A stretch of 62,998 nt of DNA, filler included, from Octopus bimaculoides (taxonomy: Eukaryota): the NCBI RefSeq assembly GCF_001194135.2. It is 5 parts of 5 records of this genome, joined end to end, with 100 filler letters (N's around TTAATTAATTAA, not from the genome) between each part and the next. Parts side by side here need not be neighbours in the genome. Positions count along the whole stretch, not along the records: positions 1 to 18,585 come from NC_068981.1; positions 18,686 to 40,755 come from NC_068992.1; 3 more parts are not named here. One strand, given 5' to 3'. Of this stretch, positions 11,722 to 23,181 are shown piece after piece. Numbering within the stretch: the first letter of the stretch is position 1; every line of letters begins with the position of its first letter. The notes below the pieces were generated by a model. That model searched no databases. It saw nothing but the letters and a program-made list of their open reading frames with translations, and was not told the DNA's origin. The position numbers and the translations under genes were made by a program.

Positions 11722-12951
11722 GGAGATGGGCGGAAAAGTTCATAAGCTGACTATGAAAGAGTGATGATGGAATCTTGCATGCATTTATTTCAACTATTTG
11801 TATTAATAGATGCATGGATTCTTTTCAGATAAACTAATTAAAGAAAACTTCGTGACTAGTAGCGATTTCTTTTGAAAATGGACAAACTTTGGCATCATGC
11901 AGTTAATAATTACCTGTAGAAAAATGTTTTAGTCCTGAAAGACATTCATGCTGACATGTTTGGTACAGAAGTAGATGAAGTTCAAGCTTCATCAACAGTG
12001 CAAGAATGAGCAGCTAATTTAGGAAGGATATGGAGAGTCTTGAAGATTAAGCAAGGTCCGAACGTCCTGCAACTGCCACAACTGAGGAAAGCATTGACAG
12101 TGTTAACCACGTGGTGAACACAGTGACAGACGATTGACTATGAAACAAATGGAAAATGCTATTAGAATATTCCGTGAGAGAGTTGAGAATGTTCTGCACA
12201 ATGAATTTGGTGGGACGAATATCTCTGGTCGGTGTGTGCCACATCTTCTGATACCTGATCAAAAGCGCAATAGTTTGATTACAGGAAAGGCTGACATTGT
12301 TTGATGCAGATCCCTTGAGTTGAGCTCATACCTTTGAGCCAGTTACGACATTCCTTGCAGTGGAAACATCTCTCCTCACCTGCTCCAAAGAAGACCAAGG
12401 TAGTTTAACCTGCAGAGAGTTTTTTGGCTTCAAGGTTTTGCAGATGCAAAAGGTGTTCTGTGTATTGATTATCTTCAAAAAGGCCACACCTTCAATGGAG
12501 ATTACTACGCCAAATTGCTGAAACTAATGCGAAAGTATATCAAAAATATACAGCCAAGATATCTGACGAAAGAGGTCTTTTTATTCAGGTCAGTGCTCGA
12601 GCACAAACGTACTAGGCTTCAGTGGATGCTGTACGTGATTGTAGCTTTGAACTGGTTGGTCACTCTCTACATTTCTTGATTTTTGCCCCATTTCAACACC
12701 ATATTTATCACAATATAAAAAACAGACTTGGCTACAAGCCAGTATGGTAGTGAGGATGACGTCATAACTGCTGCTGATGAATTTTTTAAGCAATAGGATA
12801 AGAGCTTCTTCACCAATTGTATCCAATCACGGCAACACTCATGGAAGGAGAGTGTGAACCGCAACGAGGACTGTGTTAAAGAATAGACCTTAGTTGGTCA
12901 CATTCCATGAGAGTACCATGGTCAACCTACGAAGTGTTCAGCCGACCCTCG
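11722..12951 (+). mobile_element. Mariner family C, near full-length decayed copy (~1.23 kb) with both TIRs
   Basis: Left TIR ggagatgggcggaaaagttcataagctgac after TA; right TIR gtcaacctacgaagtgttcagccgaccctcg. Relic motifs VPHLLIPDQKR and IDYLQKGHTFNGDYYA; many stops. Confidence 0.85.
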
Positions 12952-12953
12952 TG

Positions 12954-12986
<33 letters not shown>

Positions 12987-13377
12987 NNNNNNNNNNNNNN
13001 NNNNNNNNNNNNNNNNNNNNNNNNNNNNNNNNNNNNNNNNNNNNNNNNNNNNNNNNNNNNNNNNNNNNNNNNNNNNNNNNNNNNNNNNNNNNNNNNNNNN
13101 NNNNNNNNNNNNNNNNNNNNNNNNNNNNNNNNNNNNNGTGTGTGTGTGTGTGGGTGTGTGTGTATGTGTGTGTGTGTGTGTGTAAAGAAAACGACGACAA
13201 ATGTACTTATAACAAATCTGTTATGAGTTAGAATTATTTGTGTACGACTCTAGTCGAGTTGGATGCTACAGTGATAATATATCCACTACATATATACAAA
13301 TATATATATGTACACACACTCACATAAACAAATACACATATAAACATACACACTTATGCACCCACACATGCATACAT

Positions 13378-13414
<37 letters not shown>

Positions 13415-13526
13415 TGTATGTATGTATATACACATAAATGCAGAAACATTTTTAAAAGATACAAGGAGTTTTCTTCAGGGTGGGGTAAACTAATATGTAT
13501 TCACTCTGAGAGTATGTAATCTGGTA

Positions 13527-13626
13527 ATTTTGTGATTTTGTGATTTTGTGACTGCCTTTTGCGGTTTGTGATTTTGTGACTGCCTTTCCCAAATATCCGA
13601 TTTCGTGATTTTAGGACCGCCTTTCC
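13527..13626. repeat. Short degenerate tandem repeat (TTTGTGATTTTGTGACTGCCTTT-like, ~3 units)
   Basis: Two near-identical units and one diverged unit, built on (TTTTGTGA)n. Confidence 0.7.
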
Positions 13627-16430
13627 AAAGCAGCAAGAAGCGGCTTCTCCTTGATTAGTTATGTGTAGATTAAAACAGAAATGAAAAGACAACCGGTTTG
13701 GGAAGACTCGACAAGGACATTTAATTTAGCTAAGTAATAAAAAAGTATACATAATATCTAACCAGTGTTTCTAGAACAACCCAGCTATTGGAACATCGTG
13801 TCGGGCGAGGATTCCAGCATATGCATTTGTATGTATATTTGTGAGTGTGTCTGTATGCGTGTGCGTATGACTATAGAACTATGTTTACATAATCTTTTAA
13901 CAATGTTTTAGACTATTTATTTCTCCAAGTCTGATTATATATGTGTGTGTTTATATATCTCTACGTGTGCTTTTAGATCTACAGGCACATAACTCACCCA
14001 TTTCTGTGATTTCTTTGTGCACTTATAATTGGATAGGATGTGTACAACATGTTATCATAGATGCTACGAATCTCTAAGTTACTTCAATAAAACTTTTCTT
14101 GCAAAATATACCTGAAAATCATTATCAATCTTTGTAGCTGAGTGAATACAAGATATTATCATAAATACAAAACATTGCAGAAAAATCGTTATTTAAACTT
14201 CATCATTTAGCTTAATCTGATATTTAGAACAAGTCATCTTTCTTATTGAACGGCATTCATTAACATTTATTCAAATAATTCTTTAGTAATTATCCATTTC
14301 ATGACTGCATCTAAGCGCATGAGGCCTCATAAATTAATAGTTTAAATATTCGTTCGTGTGTATGTATATTAATATACACTACATATCTATTGGATGCTAG
14401 GCCATTTGTTCACGAACCATTCGTAAAGAATTGTATAATATAGCTTATACACATATGAATATATATTAGTATATACATGAGAGTATTGAAATTGCCGGTA
14501 TTTTGAGTTTCCATCATCGGCCGATTTATCAGTAAATGAAAGTATTCTATGCATTATTACAGCTTCGTCGAACAATTTGCAAAAGCGTAATTTTAGAACA
14601 ATATAGGATTTAAATGAAATAAAAATTTTCTTCCCTTGTTTATTGGCTGCTTATTGTTGCGGGTATTTAGATCTTAGTATTTAGCGCTGTGTAAAATTCC
14701 TTTCATTCTAAAGCCAGACAATTCCCATAGATTTATTGTCTTATTCGCAGGGGTGAAAACTGCTACTCTTTGATAAAATTGTGAACGCTGAAGAGCATTG
14801 ATAAAAGAATATTTTACATTACAAAGCTACAAGAATTTACTTCAACTTTTAAAGTTCTTTCTTCAGATGTGTGTTATGCAAGTTGATTATGACGTTTATT
14901 TGGTTTATAAGGATATATATACATATATATGTGTGTGTGTATATATATATANNNNNNNNNNNNNNNNNNNNNNNNNNNNNNNNNNNNNNNNNNNNNNNNN
15001 NNNNNNNNNNNNNNNNNNNNNNNNNNNNNNNNNNNNNNNNNNNNNNNNNNNNNNNNNNNNNNNNNNNNNNNNNNNNNNNNNNNNNNNNNNNNNNNNNNNN
15101 NNNNNNNNNNNNNNNNNNNNNNNNNNNNNNNNNNNNNNNNNNNNNNNNNNNNNNNNNNNNNNNNNNNNNNNNNNNNNNNNNNNNNNNNNNNNNNNNNNNN
15201 NNNNNNNNNNNNNNNNNNNNNNNNNNNNNNNNNNNNNNNNNNNNNNNNNNNNNNNNNNNNNNNNNNNNNNNNNNNNNNNNNNNNNNNNNNNNNNNNNNNN
15301 NNNNNNNNNNNNNNNNNNNNNNNNNNNNNNNNNNNNNNNNNNNNNNNNNNNNNNNNNNNNNNNNNNNNNNNNNNNNNNNNNNNNNNNNNNNNNNNNNNNN
15401 NNNNNNNNNNNNNNNNNNNNNNNNNNNNNNNNNNNNNNNNNNNNNNNNNNNNNNNNNNNNNNNNNNNNNNNNNNNNNNNNNNNNNNNNNNNNNNNNNNNN
15501 NNNNNNNNNNNNNNNNNNNNNNNNNNNNNNNNNNNNNNNNNNNNNNNNNNNNNNNNNNNNNNNNNNNNNNNNNNNNNNNNNNNNNNNNNNNNNNNNNNNN
15601 NNNNNNNNNNNNNNNNNNNNNNNNNNNNNNNNNNNNNNNNNNNNNNNNNNNNNNNNNNNNNNNNNNNNNNNNNNNNNNNNNNNNNNNNNNNNNNNNNNNN
15701 NNNNNNNNNNNNNNNNNNNNNNNNNNNNNNNNNNNNNNNNNNNNNNNNNNNNNNNNNNNNNNNNNNNNNNNNNNNNNNNNNNNNNNNNNNNNNNNNNNNN
15801 NNNNNNNNNNNNNNNNNNNNNNNNNNNNNNNNNNNNNNNNNNNNNNNNNTTCTCTATCTCTCTCTCCCTCCCTTACACACATGCCACTTATCTCTCTTTC
15901 TTTCTTACTTTCTTTCTTTTTTTCTTTCTTTCTTTCTCTCCATCTCTCACACACACAGCAATATTACACACAAAACACATGTTGCCAAAAAGAAATAGAC
16001 GCTATCTTTTTATAGTGAGTATGCGAGACAGAAAGTGTGGTGTGTATGTGAAGTTCTTTTGTTAGTGTAAGAGAGCAGCATGTGTGTGTGTGTGTAAAGT
16101 TGCTGTGTGGGTGAGACAGGGAGAGAGAGAAAGAAAGAAAGAAAGAAAGAAAGAAGGAAAGAAAGAAAGAAAGAAAGAAAGAGAGAAGACTCGCATGTGT
16201 GTAAGGGAGGGAGAGACAGAGGTGAGAGATAACTGGAATATGTGTAAGGGAGGGAGAGAGATAGAGAAGGAGAGCACGCTCTCTCTATCTCTTTCGCGTT
16301 CTTTCTCAACACGTTTTATGGAAAGTGCCGAATTGATGTAAACAAACCCATGTGGTCTGATTTTCACGTTTCTAGATATTGTACCGTACAATTTTTATCA
16401 ACAATTTTCATTAAACATTTTTATCAAACA

Positions 16431-16460
16431 CTAGCACTATAGCCCGGCTTTGCCCGGGAT
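16431..16460 (-). mobile_element. Possible Helitron-type 3' terminus (GC hairpin + CTAGT)
   Basis: Minus strand reads cccgg-gcaaag-ccggg ctatagtg CTAG T; no coding support. Confidence 0.4.
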
Positions 16461-16765
16461 TAAGTTGGGGTTATTAAGCTAATCAAGTTCTTTATTTCAA
16501 ACCAAACTAAGTAACATGGCGTCAAACTTGGGCAGAATCAGTGTTGCAACTGGAGCGCATGAGTTGGGAGTTTGATTGGCAGAGGTGATGAGATCACACA
16601 TGCCATCCCTTTGAAAACACCACCGCCATCATCTAACACCTCTTTGCCCATGGGTTAGGAACCGTTCCAGCAAGGAAAATAGAATGACCAAAAGGGCTCC
16701 CGATTCTCTGTGTCAGAAGCGGTTCTGTTCAGATCACAACGAAGTCTTAAGTATATATATATATA

Positions 16766-17819
16766 TGTTGCTGTACTAGGGGATGGTCATATTGCCAGTT
16801 TAGCCAATAAAAACACACGCACTGTATATTTGGTGTTAATTTGCTTCAGCTTTATATTACATTATATTACANNNNNNNNNNGTGTTAATTTGCTTCAGCT
16901 TTATATTACATTATATTACATTAATCCTATTTCGGCCAGAGTTCTTTCGTCACACGTCTGTGACCTCATCAGTGGTCCTTTCCTTTCTTCTTTCTTATGT
17001 GTGTCTCAGCTTGCTAACTATCAGCCCTTTTGTATTTTGTATTCCTATTGTATGTGTCTACGCATGCGCATCCTTCAATGTGTCTATGTTTTTGTAAGTG
17101 CATGTGTGTCTATGGGGAGTGGCTGTATTATCTATATCCTCTGTTAATACATGTTCGCTGTTTTTGTTGTTATTTATTTATTTGTTCCTGTGTTTGTACC
17201 TACTTTTCTTTTTTTTGTATTTAATTTAATTTTGTTAACGTATGTAGTATTTAATTCCATTTGTTTATCTATGTATTGTATTGTATTATATTTTGTTCAT
17301 ATTGTTATTGGTTTATGGGGAATGTATTGTCATATGTTGTGGTTTGTAGTTTGTTAGGGGTGTGTGTTAGTGTTCCATTCCAATTTCCTATTCAGGCTAG
17401 GTTTATGTTCTATTATGTGTGTAGCTTCTGTAATTTGTCTAAGTGTTGCGTCTCTGCTATGTGTGGATAAGATTTTAATTTCTATGTTGTTGAGTGAGAC
17501 TCCATGTTCTTGCTCAGCGTGCTGAGGAGCTCTTCCCTTCCTTAAGTTCCCTCCAATGTTCATTTGCTCGCTCCCCTATATTCCTTGCTGTTTCGCCTAC
17601 ATACGTCGTTGTCTTGTTACTGCATCGTCCGTCTGTACATCTTATACTATAGACAACATCTCTCGTTTTACAGTTTGTTTGTGTGCTAAATCTACATACG
17701 GTACAGTTCCTATCAGTGCAGGGGGTTCTACTAAAAGGGTATGTTCTACTTATAAGGGATTTGATAGGGTTGCCTGGCCTTTCAGCAACCTTAATTCTTA
17801 GCTTAAGTTTGTCTAGGGC

Positions 17820-17822
<3 letters not shown>
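16766..17822 (-). mobile_element. Penelope-like element (probably Neptune-type), 5'-truncated: Cys-rich linker, GIY-YIG endonuclease, 3' pLTR
   Basis: Minus frame without Met: PCTDRNCTVCRF..NCKTRDVVYSIRCTDGRC..TYVGETARNIGERANEH. After a frameshift: HAEQEH..IKILS..LRQITEA.HI.EHKPSLNRKLEW*. (TA)n on both flanks. Confidence 0.9.
16934..16978 (-). ncRNA. Minimal type I hammerhead ribozyme motif in the PLE 3' region
   Basis: GGACCA-CUGAUGA-G-GUCACA(GACG)UGUGAC-GAAA-GAACUC-UGGCC. Stem I pairs CCA/UGG, then an A.C mismatch and G-C; 6-bp stem II; stem III AGAACU is one change from a palindrome; CUC cleavage triplet, predicted cut between 16939 and 16938. One extra G before stem II. Confidence 0.75.
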
Positions 17823-17865
<43 letters not shown>

Positions 17866-18340
17866 ATACGGATGTTACGTTAGTAAAACGTTAATGTTCG
17901 AAACTACAGCAGTCCATAGATAATTCTTTATTCTGTATATTTCACATTTTGTCCTGTTCTGGCGGTTTGCGAAATTTTTCTGGAGAACATTATTTTTTTT
18001 TTTTAGTGGTTGGGTCGTTGATGACCTCTTTCTAGCATATTCGATGTCCACCTAGTGGTCATCTCTTATACACGTGAAATACAATTTTTTCTGAATTTTC
18101 AGATTTTTTATATGCTAGGCCACTTGGTTTTAAATTGAATTAATATTCAATTTATCATCCTATCTATATAAATGTATATATATATATATATATATACATA
18201 TATACATATATATGAGCAACACGCACATACACACAAGCACGTATATACACCAATTGCATGCATATTTTTTGTATGCAATACATGTTCGTATGTGGGTGTG
18301 TGCGTTGCCCGTATATCAACAAAACACACACACACACACA

Positions 18341-18574
18341 TCTTATTTCTTTATTGCCCACAATGAGCTAAACATAGAGGGGACAAACAAAGACAGACAA
18401 AGGGATTAAGTTGATTACATCGACCCCAGTGCGTTACGGGTACTTAATTTATCGACCCCGAAAGGATGAAAGGCTAAGTTGACCTCGGCGGAATTTGAAC
18501 TCAGAACGTAGCGGCAGACGAAATACCGCTAAGCATTTCGTCCGGTGTGCTAAAATTTCTGCCAGCTCGCCACC
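18341..18574 (-). mobile_element. SINE family A body with a different, Tx1-like 3' tail
   Basis: Head ggtggcgagctggcagaaattttagcac and standard body; tail tttgtctgtctttgtttgtcccctctatgttt...gggcaataaagaaataaga replaces the usual ccccctcccccaaaatttcgggccttgtgcc tail. Confidence 0.85.
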
Positions 18575-18585
18575 ACTATCTTAAC

Positions 18586-18685
18586 NNNNNNNNNNNNNNN
18601 NNNNNNNNNNNNNNNNNNNNNNNNNNNNNTTAATTAATTAANNNNNNNNNNNNNNNNNNNNNNNNNNNNNNNNNNNNNNNNNNNN
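18586..18685. other. Artificial scaffold-joining spacer (44N-TTAATTAATTAA-44N)
   Basis: Exactly 100 bp; six-frame-stop core at 18630-18641; same layout at three other sites. Confidence 0.95.
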
Positions 18686-18822
18686 ACTGCACACATTCTA
18701 CGCAAAACACTTTCAATACAGTAAACATAAGAGCACCACAGCAAACCACAGCACATACCCAAGGCGCACAGAGCTGCGCTCGGTAGTGAAGTGAAAGCAC
18801 GTTATAAAAATAAAACTACTGA
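18686..18822 (+). mobile_element. R4/Dong-like LINE terminus plus 3' UTR
   Basis: TAHILRKTLSIQ* then UTR ending aaaactactg(aat)n. Confidence 0.8.
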
Positions 18823-18837
18823 ATAATAATAATAATA

Positions 18838-18879
18838 ATCCTCACCCAAATTTCAGGCCTTGTGCCTATAGAAGAAAGG

Positions 18880-18956
<77 letters not shown>
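18838..18956 (+). repeat. SINE A tail fragment followed by (ATT)n
   Basis: ccaaatttcaggccttgtgcctatagaagaaagg(att)n. Confidence 0.8.
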
Positions 18957-18957
<1 letters not shown>

Positions 18958-19179
18958 ATTTATCTGCAATGTGTAAATCGGCAACAGAATATTTTCCAGC
19001 TGAAAATGTATGCTGTCGTTGGATTCAAAACTCATTTATAGACTGGTTAAACTCAAGCATCATTTCAAAGAAAGAAAAGGAATAGCAAATAGACATTACA
19101 ACGAATCGACATTACAATCGAAATTCTAACACGTAGAACTGACATTATACATTCTGTTCTATCATTTGTGAAATAGCAT

Positions 19180-19262
19180 AAAGCGGTGGGCTGGCAGAGT
19201 TGTTAGTACGCCGGACAATGTGCTTAACGGCATTTCTTCTGGTTTTACGTTCTGAGTTCAAG
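19180..19262 (+). mobile_element. SINE family A 5' fragment
   Basis: aaagcggtgggctggcagagttgttagtacgccgg...ttctgagttcaa. Confidence 0.7.
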
Positions 19263-19427
19263 TGCAATTCACACTGTGCTGAAAATTGGGAGTAAAATTT
19301 GACTGAATTATTAATGAAGTACCCTACAATAATCGCAATCGCTTTAAAGGTGTTTATGTTAATTCCCAGTACGTATTTACGTGAAAGAACATTCTGTCTG
19401 TATTCAATAATAATGACAATAATGATG

Positions 19428-19837
19428 GCACATCAAACAGCAGAGTGAATCCTTGCTTGCCGCTGTTAGAATTAACAATACAATACCTACCGAAAATGTG
19501 ATGCATCCACAAACATATTTAAGAAACAAGATGAAGAAAGAAGAGTAAACAATTAGAAAAGGAAATCACTATATGGGCAATACCTCAGAAAAATCGAAGG
19601 CAAAGACAAGATCAACACTTGGAGATGGCTAAAAAAAAGTGACCTGAAAGGATGCACCGAGGCATTGAAATGCAGCGCCCGGGATCAAGCTCTGAGGACT
19701 AATTACACCAAGTTTCAAATAGATAAGAGTAGCGAATCGCCTCTTTGTAGGATGTGTGGAAACAGAAACGAAATAATCTGACATATTGTGAGTGAATGTA
19801 GCAAGCTGGTCCAAAAGCACTACAAAAGGAGGCACGT
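19428..19837 (+). mobile_element. R4/Dong-like LINE fragment (CCHC region)
   Basis: SLYGQYLRKI..WRWLKKSDLKGCTEAL.CSARDQALRTNY..LCRMCG..HIVSECSKLVQKHYKRRH. Confidence 0.85.
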
Positions 19838-20287
19838 TTGTTTATGTAGTCGGCACTTAATGTATATCGACTGAATGGACGTCAGTGATTGGTTGAAATT
19901 ATCGAAATAAGACAATTTTTTACATGAAATAAATTCGAATACAAAAATATTTTTCTGTTCTATAACACAAAATAGATAAGTATACGAAGTTTGAAAGTCT
20001 TTCCGTACCAAAAACACTACGTAAAACATTAATGAAAAATGTGGCCCCCGTTTTAAAAAAGATCCCTGAAATGTAAAAATAAATGTAAAATAATGGTAAA
20101 TAAATGAAATCGTGAGAATATATATCTGCAAAAAAAAAAAAAAAAAAAAAAAAATCGAAAATGTTTAAAGAACAGTTTCAATAACTCCTCCATTATTATG
20201 TGTAAGTTACCTCCCCTGAAAAAAAAAATTATGGCAGCGAATGGAGTTGATAACGTCAAACCACCGCATCATTTTGGGCTGTATTTC

Positions 20288-20329
<42 letters not shown>

Positions 20330-20344
20330 AAATAGTTGAGATTC

Positions 20345-20580
20345 TTTTTTATTCTTTTATTCTTTTACTTGTTTCAGACATTTGACTTGAGCACCGCCTT
20401 GAAAGGTTTTAATCAAACAAATCAGCCCCAGGGCATACTTGTTCGGAAAGTCTAGTACTTATTCTATCAGCCTCTTTGTCCGAACCGCTAAGTTACGGGG
20501 ACGTAAACACACCAACATCGGTTGTCAAACGATGGTGGTGGAAACAAACATAGACACAAAGACACAAACACAAAAATACA
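20345..20580 (-). mobile_element. SINE family B, 3' half
   Basis: Same body as 8318-8545. Confidence 0.85.
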
Positions 20581-20661
20581 TACATACATACATACATACA
20601 TACGTACATACATACGTACATGCATACGTATAGACATATTACTCTTTTTCTTGTTTCAGCT

Positions 20662-21562
20662 GTAGAGCTCGACGAGGACGCCCTGCAAAACCTGGTGGAA
20701 TAAAATCCCATTGTAACTGTTAAGGAACTAGCAGAGAAGCTTGCATTTGGTCATTCAACCATTCATCAACACCTGCATGCCATCAGAAAAGTCAACAAAT
20801 TGGGTCAATGGTTTCCTCACAAGCTTTCCGAGTCTAATCACGCGTAGAGAGTGAATGTATGTTCCTTTTTGCAGTCGCATCTCATGAATGAACCTTTTTT
20901 TGGACCGAATAGTGACTGGTGACGAGAAAGGGGTTCTCTATAAAAATATCAAGCGCCGAAGACAGTGGGTAGGGAAAGGAAAAATACTGGTACCTCATGC
21001 TAAAGCAGGTCTTCATCCACGTAAGGTGTTGTTATCTGTTTGAGGGATATGAAAGGTTGAGTCCAATTTGAGCTTTTAAACCCAAACCAAACGAGAACAA
21101 AGATCTACTGCGAGCAGCTTGAGAGGCTTAAGTTAGCGCTAGAAGAAAAACGACCATCTTTGGTTTCAAGACGAAAGGTGTTCTTCCATCAGGATAATGC
21201 TCAGCTACATACAGCGAGAATAACATTCCAAAGGCTGGAGTAGTTTGAATGGGAAACGATGCCCACCCACCATATTCGCCCGACATTGCCTCATGTAATT
21301 ATTATTTATTTCGCAGTCTTCAAAATCTCTTCGATGGAAAAAAAATGAATTCTGTAGACGAAGTCAGAACGGTACTGGAGGCGTATTTTTCGTCACGGAC
21401 ATGTGAATTTTGGAAGAGGGGCCTTGTACGTCTACCAGATAGATGGAAGAGCATTATAGAAAATGAAGGCGAGAATATTTTAGGTTAAAAAAGAACTTAG
21501 TTTATCTTAATTTCGAAAATAAAAGAAGTATAAAAAACCGCATTATTTATGGGATGACCCAA
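20662..21562 (+). mobile_element. Mariner family B (Hsmar1/cecropia-like), 5'-truncated, right TIR present
   Basis: WFPHKL, IVTGDEK, FHQDNA, PPYSPDIASCNYYLFRSLQN, RGLVRLPDRW. TIR aaaaccgcattatttatgggatgacccaa followed by TA (21563-21564). Confidence 0.9.
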
Positions 21563-21736
21563 TATCATTATATGTGCACAGGTAATGGCCTTTCGGTTGT
21601 ACGGCAGAATTAGGGCACGGTATAACCAATGTAAAACAACACAGGTAAATGTTATAAATACATACATACATACATGCACGCATGCATGCATACATACATA
21701 CATACATACATACATACACACATACATACATACATA

Positions 21737-22587
21737 AGATGGTCGGCTGAAAGTTCATAGGCTGATTAAGATACTCTCATAGAATGCAACCAAATGAAGT
21801 CTAGTTTTCAACATAGTCACCCTTGCGGCTCACTCAATTCTTCTATTGGTGTTACAGTGCTTGGATTCCATCGGTGAAAAAGCTAGCTTTCATGCTGTTG
21901 GTCAAACAAGTCATCCACAACAGATATGACGTCATTACTGTGATACTGGTTCCCAGCATCGGAACAAATGATAGTCAGATGGGGCAAAATCAGGAGAATA
22001 CGGTGGCTGCTCAACCAGTTCGAAGCCACAGTCGCGCACAGCAGCCACTGAAACCAAAGACACGTATGCTGGTGCATTGTCGTCACGAACCAAGACACCT
22101 TTCATCACTTTCCCTGTGCGTTTGGTCTTGATTGCCTTTCGTAACTGCTTCAACAAGTTAGCATGGTACTCACCATTGATGTGTGGCCCTTTTGAACATA
22201 GTGAACAAACACGATATTTTTTATATCCTAAGACACTGAAGCCATCACCTTCCCTGCAGATGAAACGATCTTAGTCGTTTTTGTAACAAGTGAGTAGGCG
22301 TGTTTTCACTGCATGGACTGACTCCTTGTCTTCCTTGTCTCTGGCTCAAAGTCATAAAGCCAACACTCATCCTGGCTTAGAAACATTCAAGGAAACCATC
22401 TGAATCTGCCCCAAAGAAAGTTAGATTTTTCCATGATGTGATCAGGCTGATGCGCTTTTGATCAGGTGTCGAAAGACGTGGCACCCACCAAACAGAAACC
22501 TTCGTCATTGTGCAGAATATTCTCAACTCTCCCACGGGTTATGTTAATAGCATTGACTATTTGATCTACAGTCAATCGCCTGTCATA
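21737..22587 (-). mobile_element. Mariner family C, 5'-truncated copy
   Basis: TIR agatggtcggctgaaagttcataggctga after TA; ORF 21935-22156 has DDNAPAY and PPYSPDFAPSDYHLF. Confidence 0.9.
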
Positions 22588-22647
22588 CGTACATACATGC
22601 TTACATACATACATACATACATACATACAAACATACATACATACATA

Positions 22648-23181
22648 CGTAGAGAAGAGAAAGTGTGTACAGTTGTAGAAATCAGCTACCCAGTGGATGT
22701 TAACATAAAGCTAAAGATCAATCTTGAAAGAAAATACCTACGCTGAACTATTGAGGAATCTACAGCTACTGTATCCAGATTAAAAGGTCAGGTTTATACC
22801 TGTAATTATTGGGGCACTGGAATATGTAACACACTGCCTAAATACCAGGCTTGAGAGATTAGGCTTCTCAAAACCAGAAAGGAGAAAGCTGATTCGAAGA
22901 CTACAAATCCACACCATAGCTGGAACTGTGAGGTTTACCATTTAAGAATAAATGAACATGTCTAGATATGCAACTATATGCATGAAAATATATACATAAA
23001 ACAAAACATACAAATTTGCACATATAGATAGATAGATACATACATACATACATACATACATACATACAAAAATACCCTGTTGATATTGTAGAAATTTCAA
23101 CGAAGAAACCTTGGATCTAGGTTAGAAACCAGCTCTTTCTCTATGGGCGAGAAATCTTGAAATAGAACTGAATAATGACAT
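22648..23181 (+). mobile_element. Second RLE-type LINE family, C-terminus plus 3' UTR, bounded by (CATA)n
   Basis: REEKVCTVVEISYPVDVNIKLKI, then (frameshift) KENTYAELLRNLQLLYPD*..FIPVIIGALEYV..LERLGF..LIRRLQI..IAGTV. (CATA)n at 22587-22648, ~23038-23068 and after 23181; the 23070-23181 part is tentative. Confidence 0.7.

Noticed and set aside
14798-16065. Long ORFs of 350-400 aa (also 8492-9263, 31081-32265)
   Set aside because: Made almost entirely of X from N gaps.
16833-16920. 39-nt tandem duplication in the PLE end
   Set aside because: Identical copies sit either side of a 10-N gap (16872-16881), typical of an unmerged contig overlap; the 27811 copy has only one.
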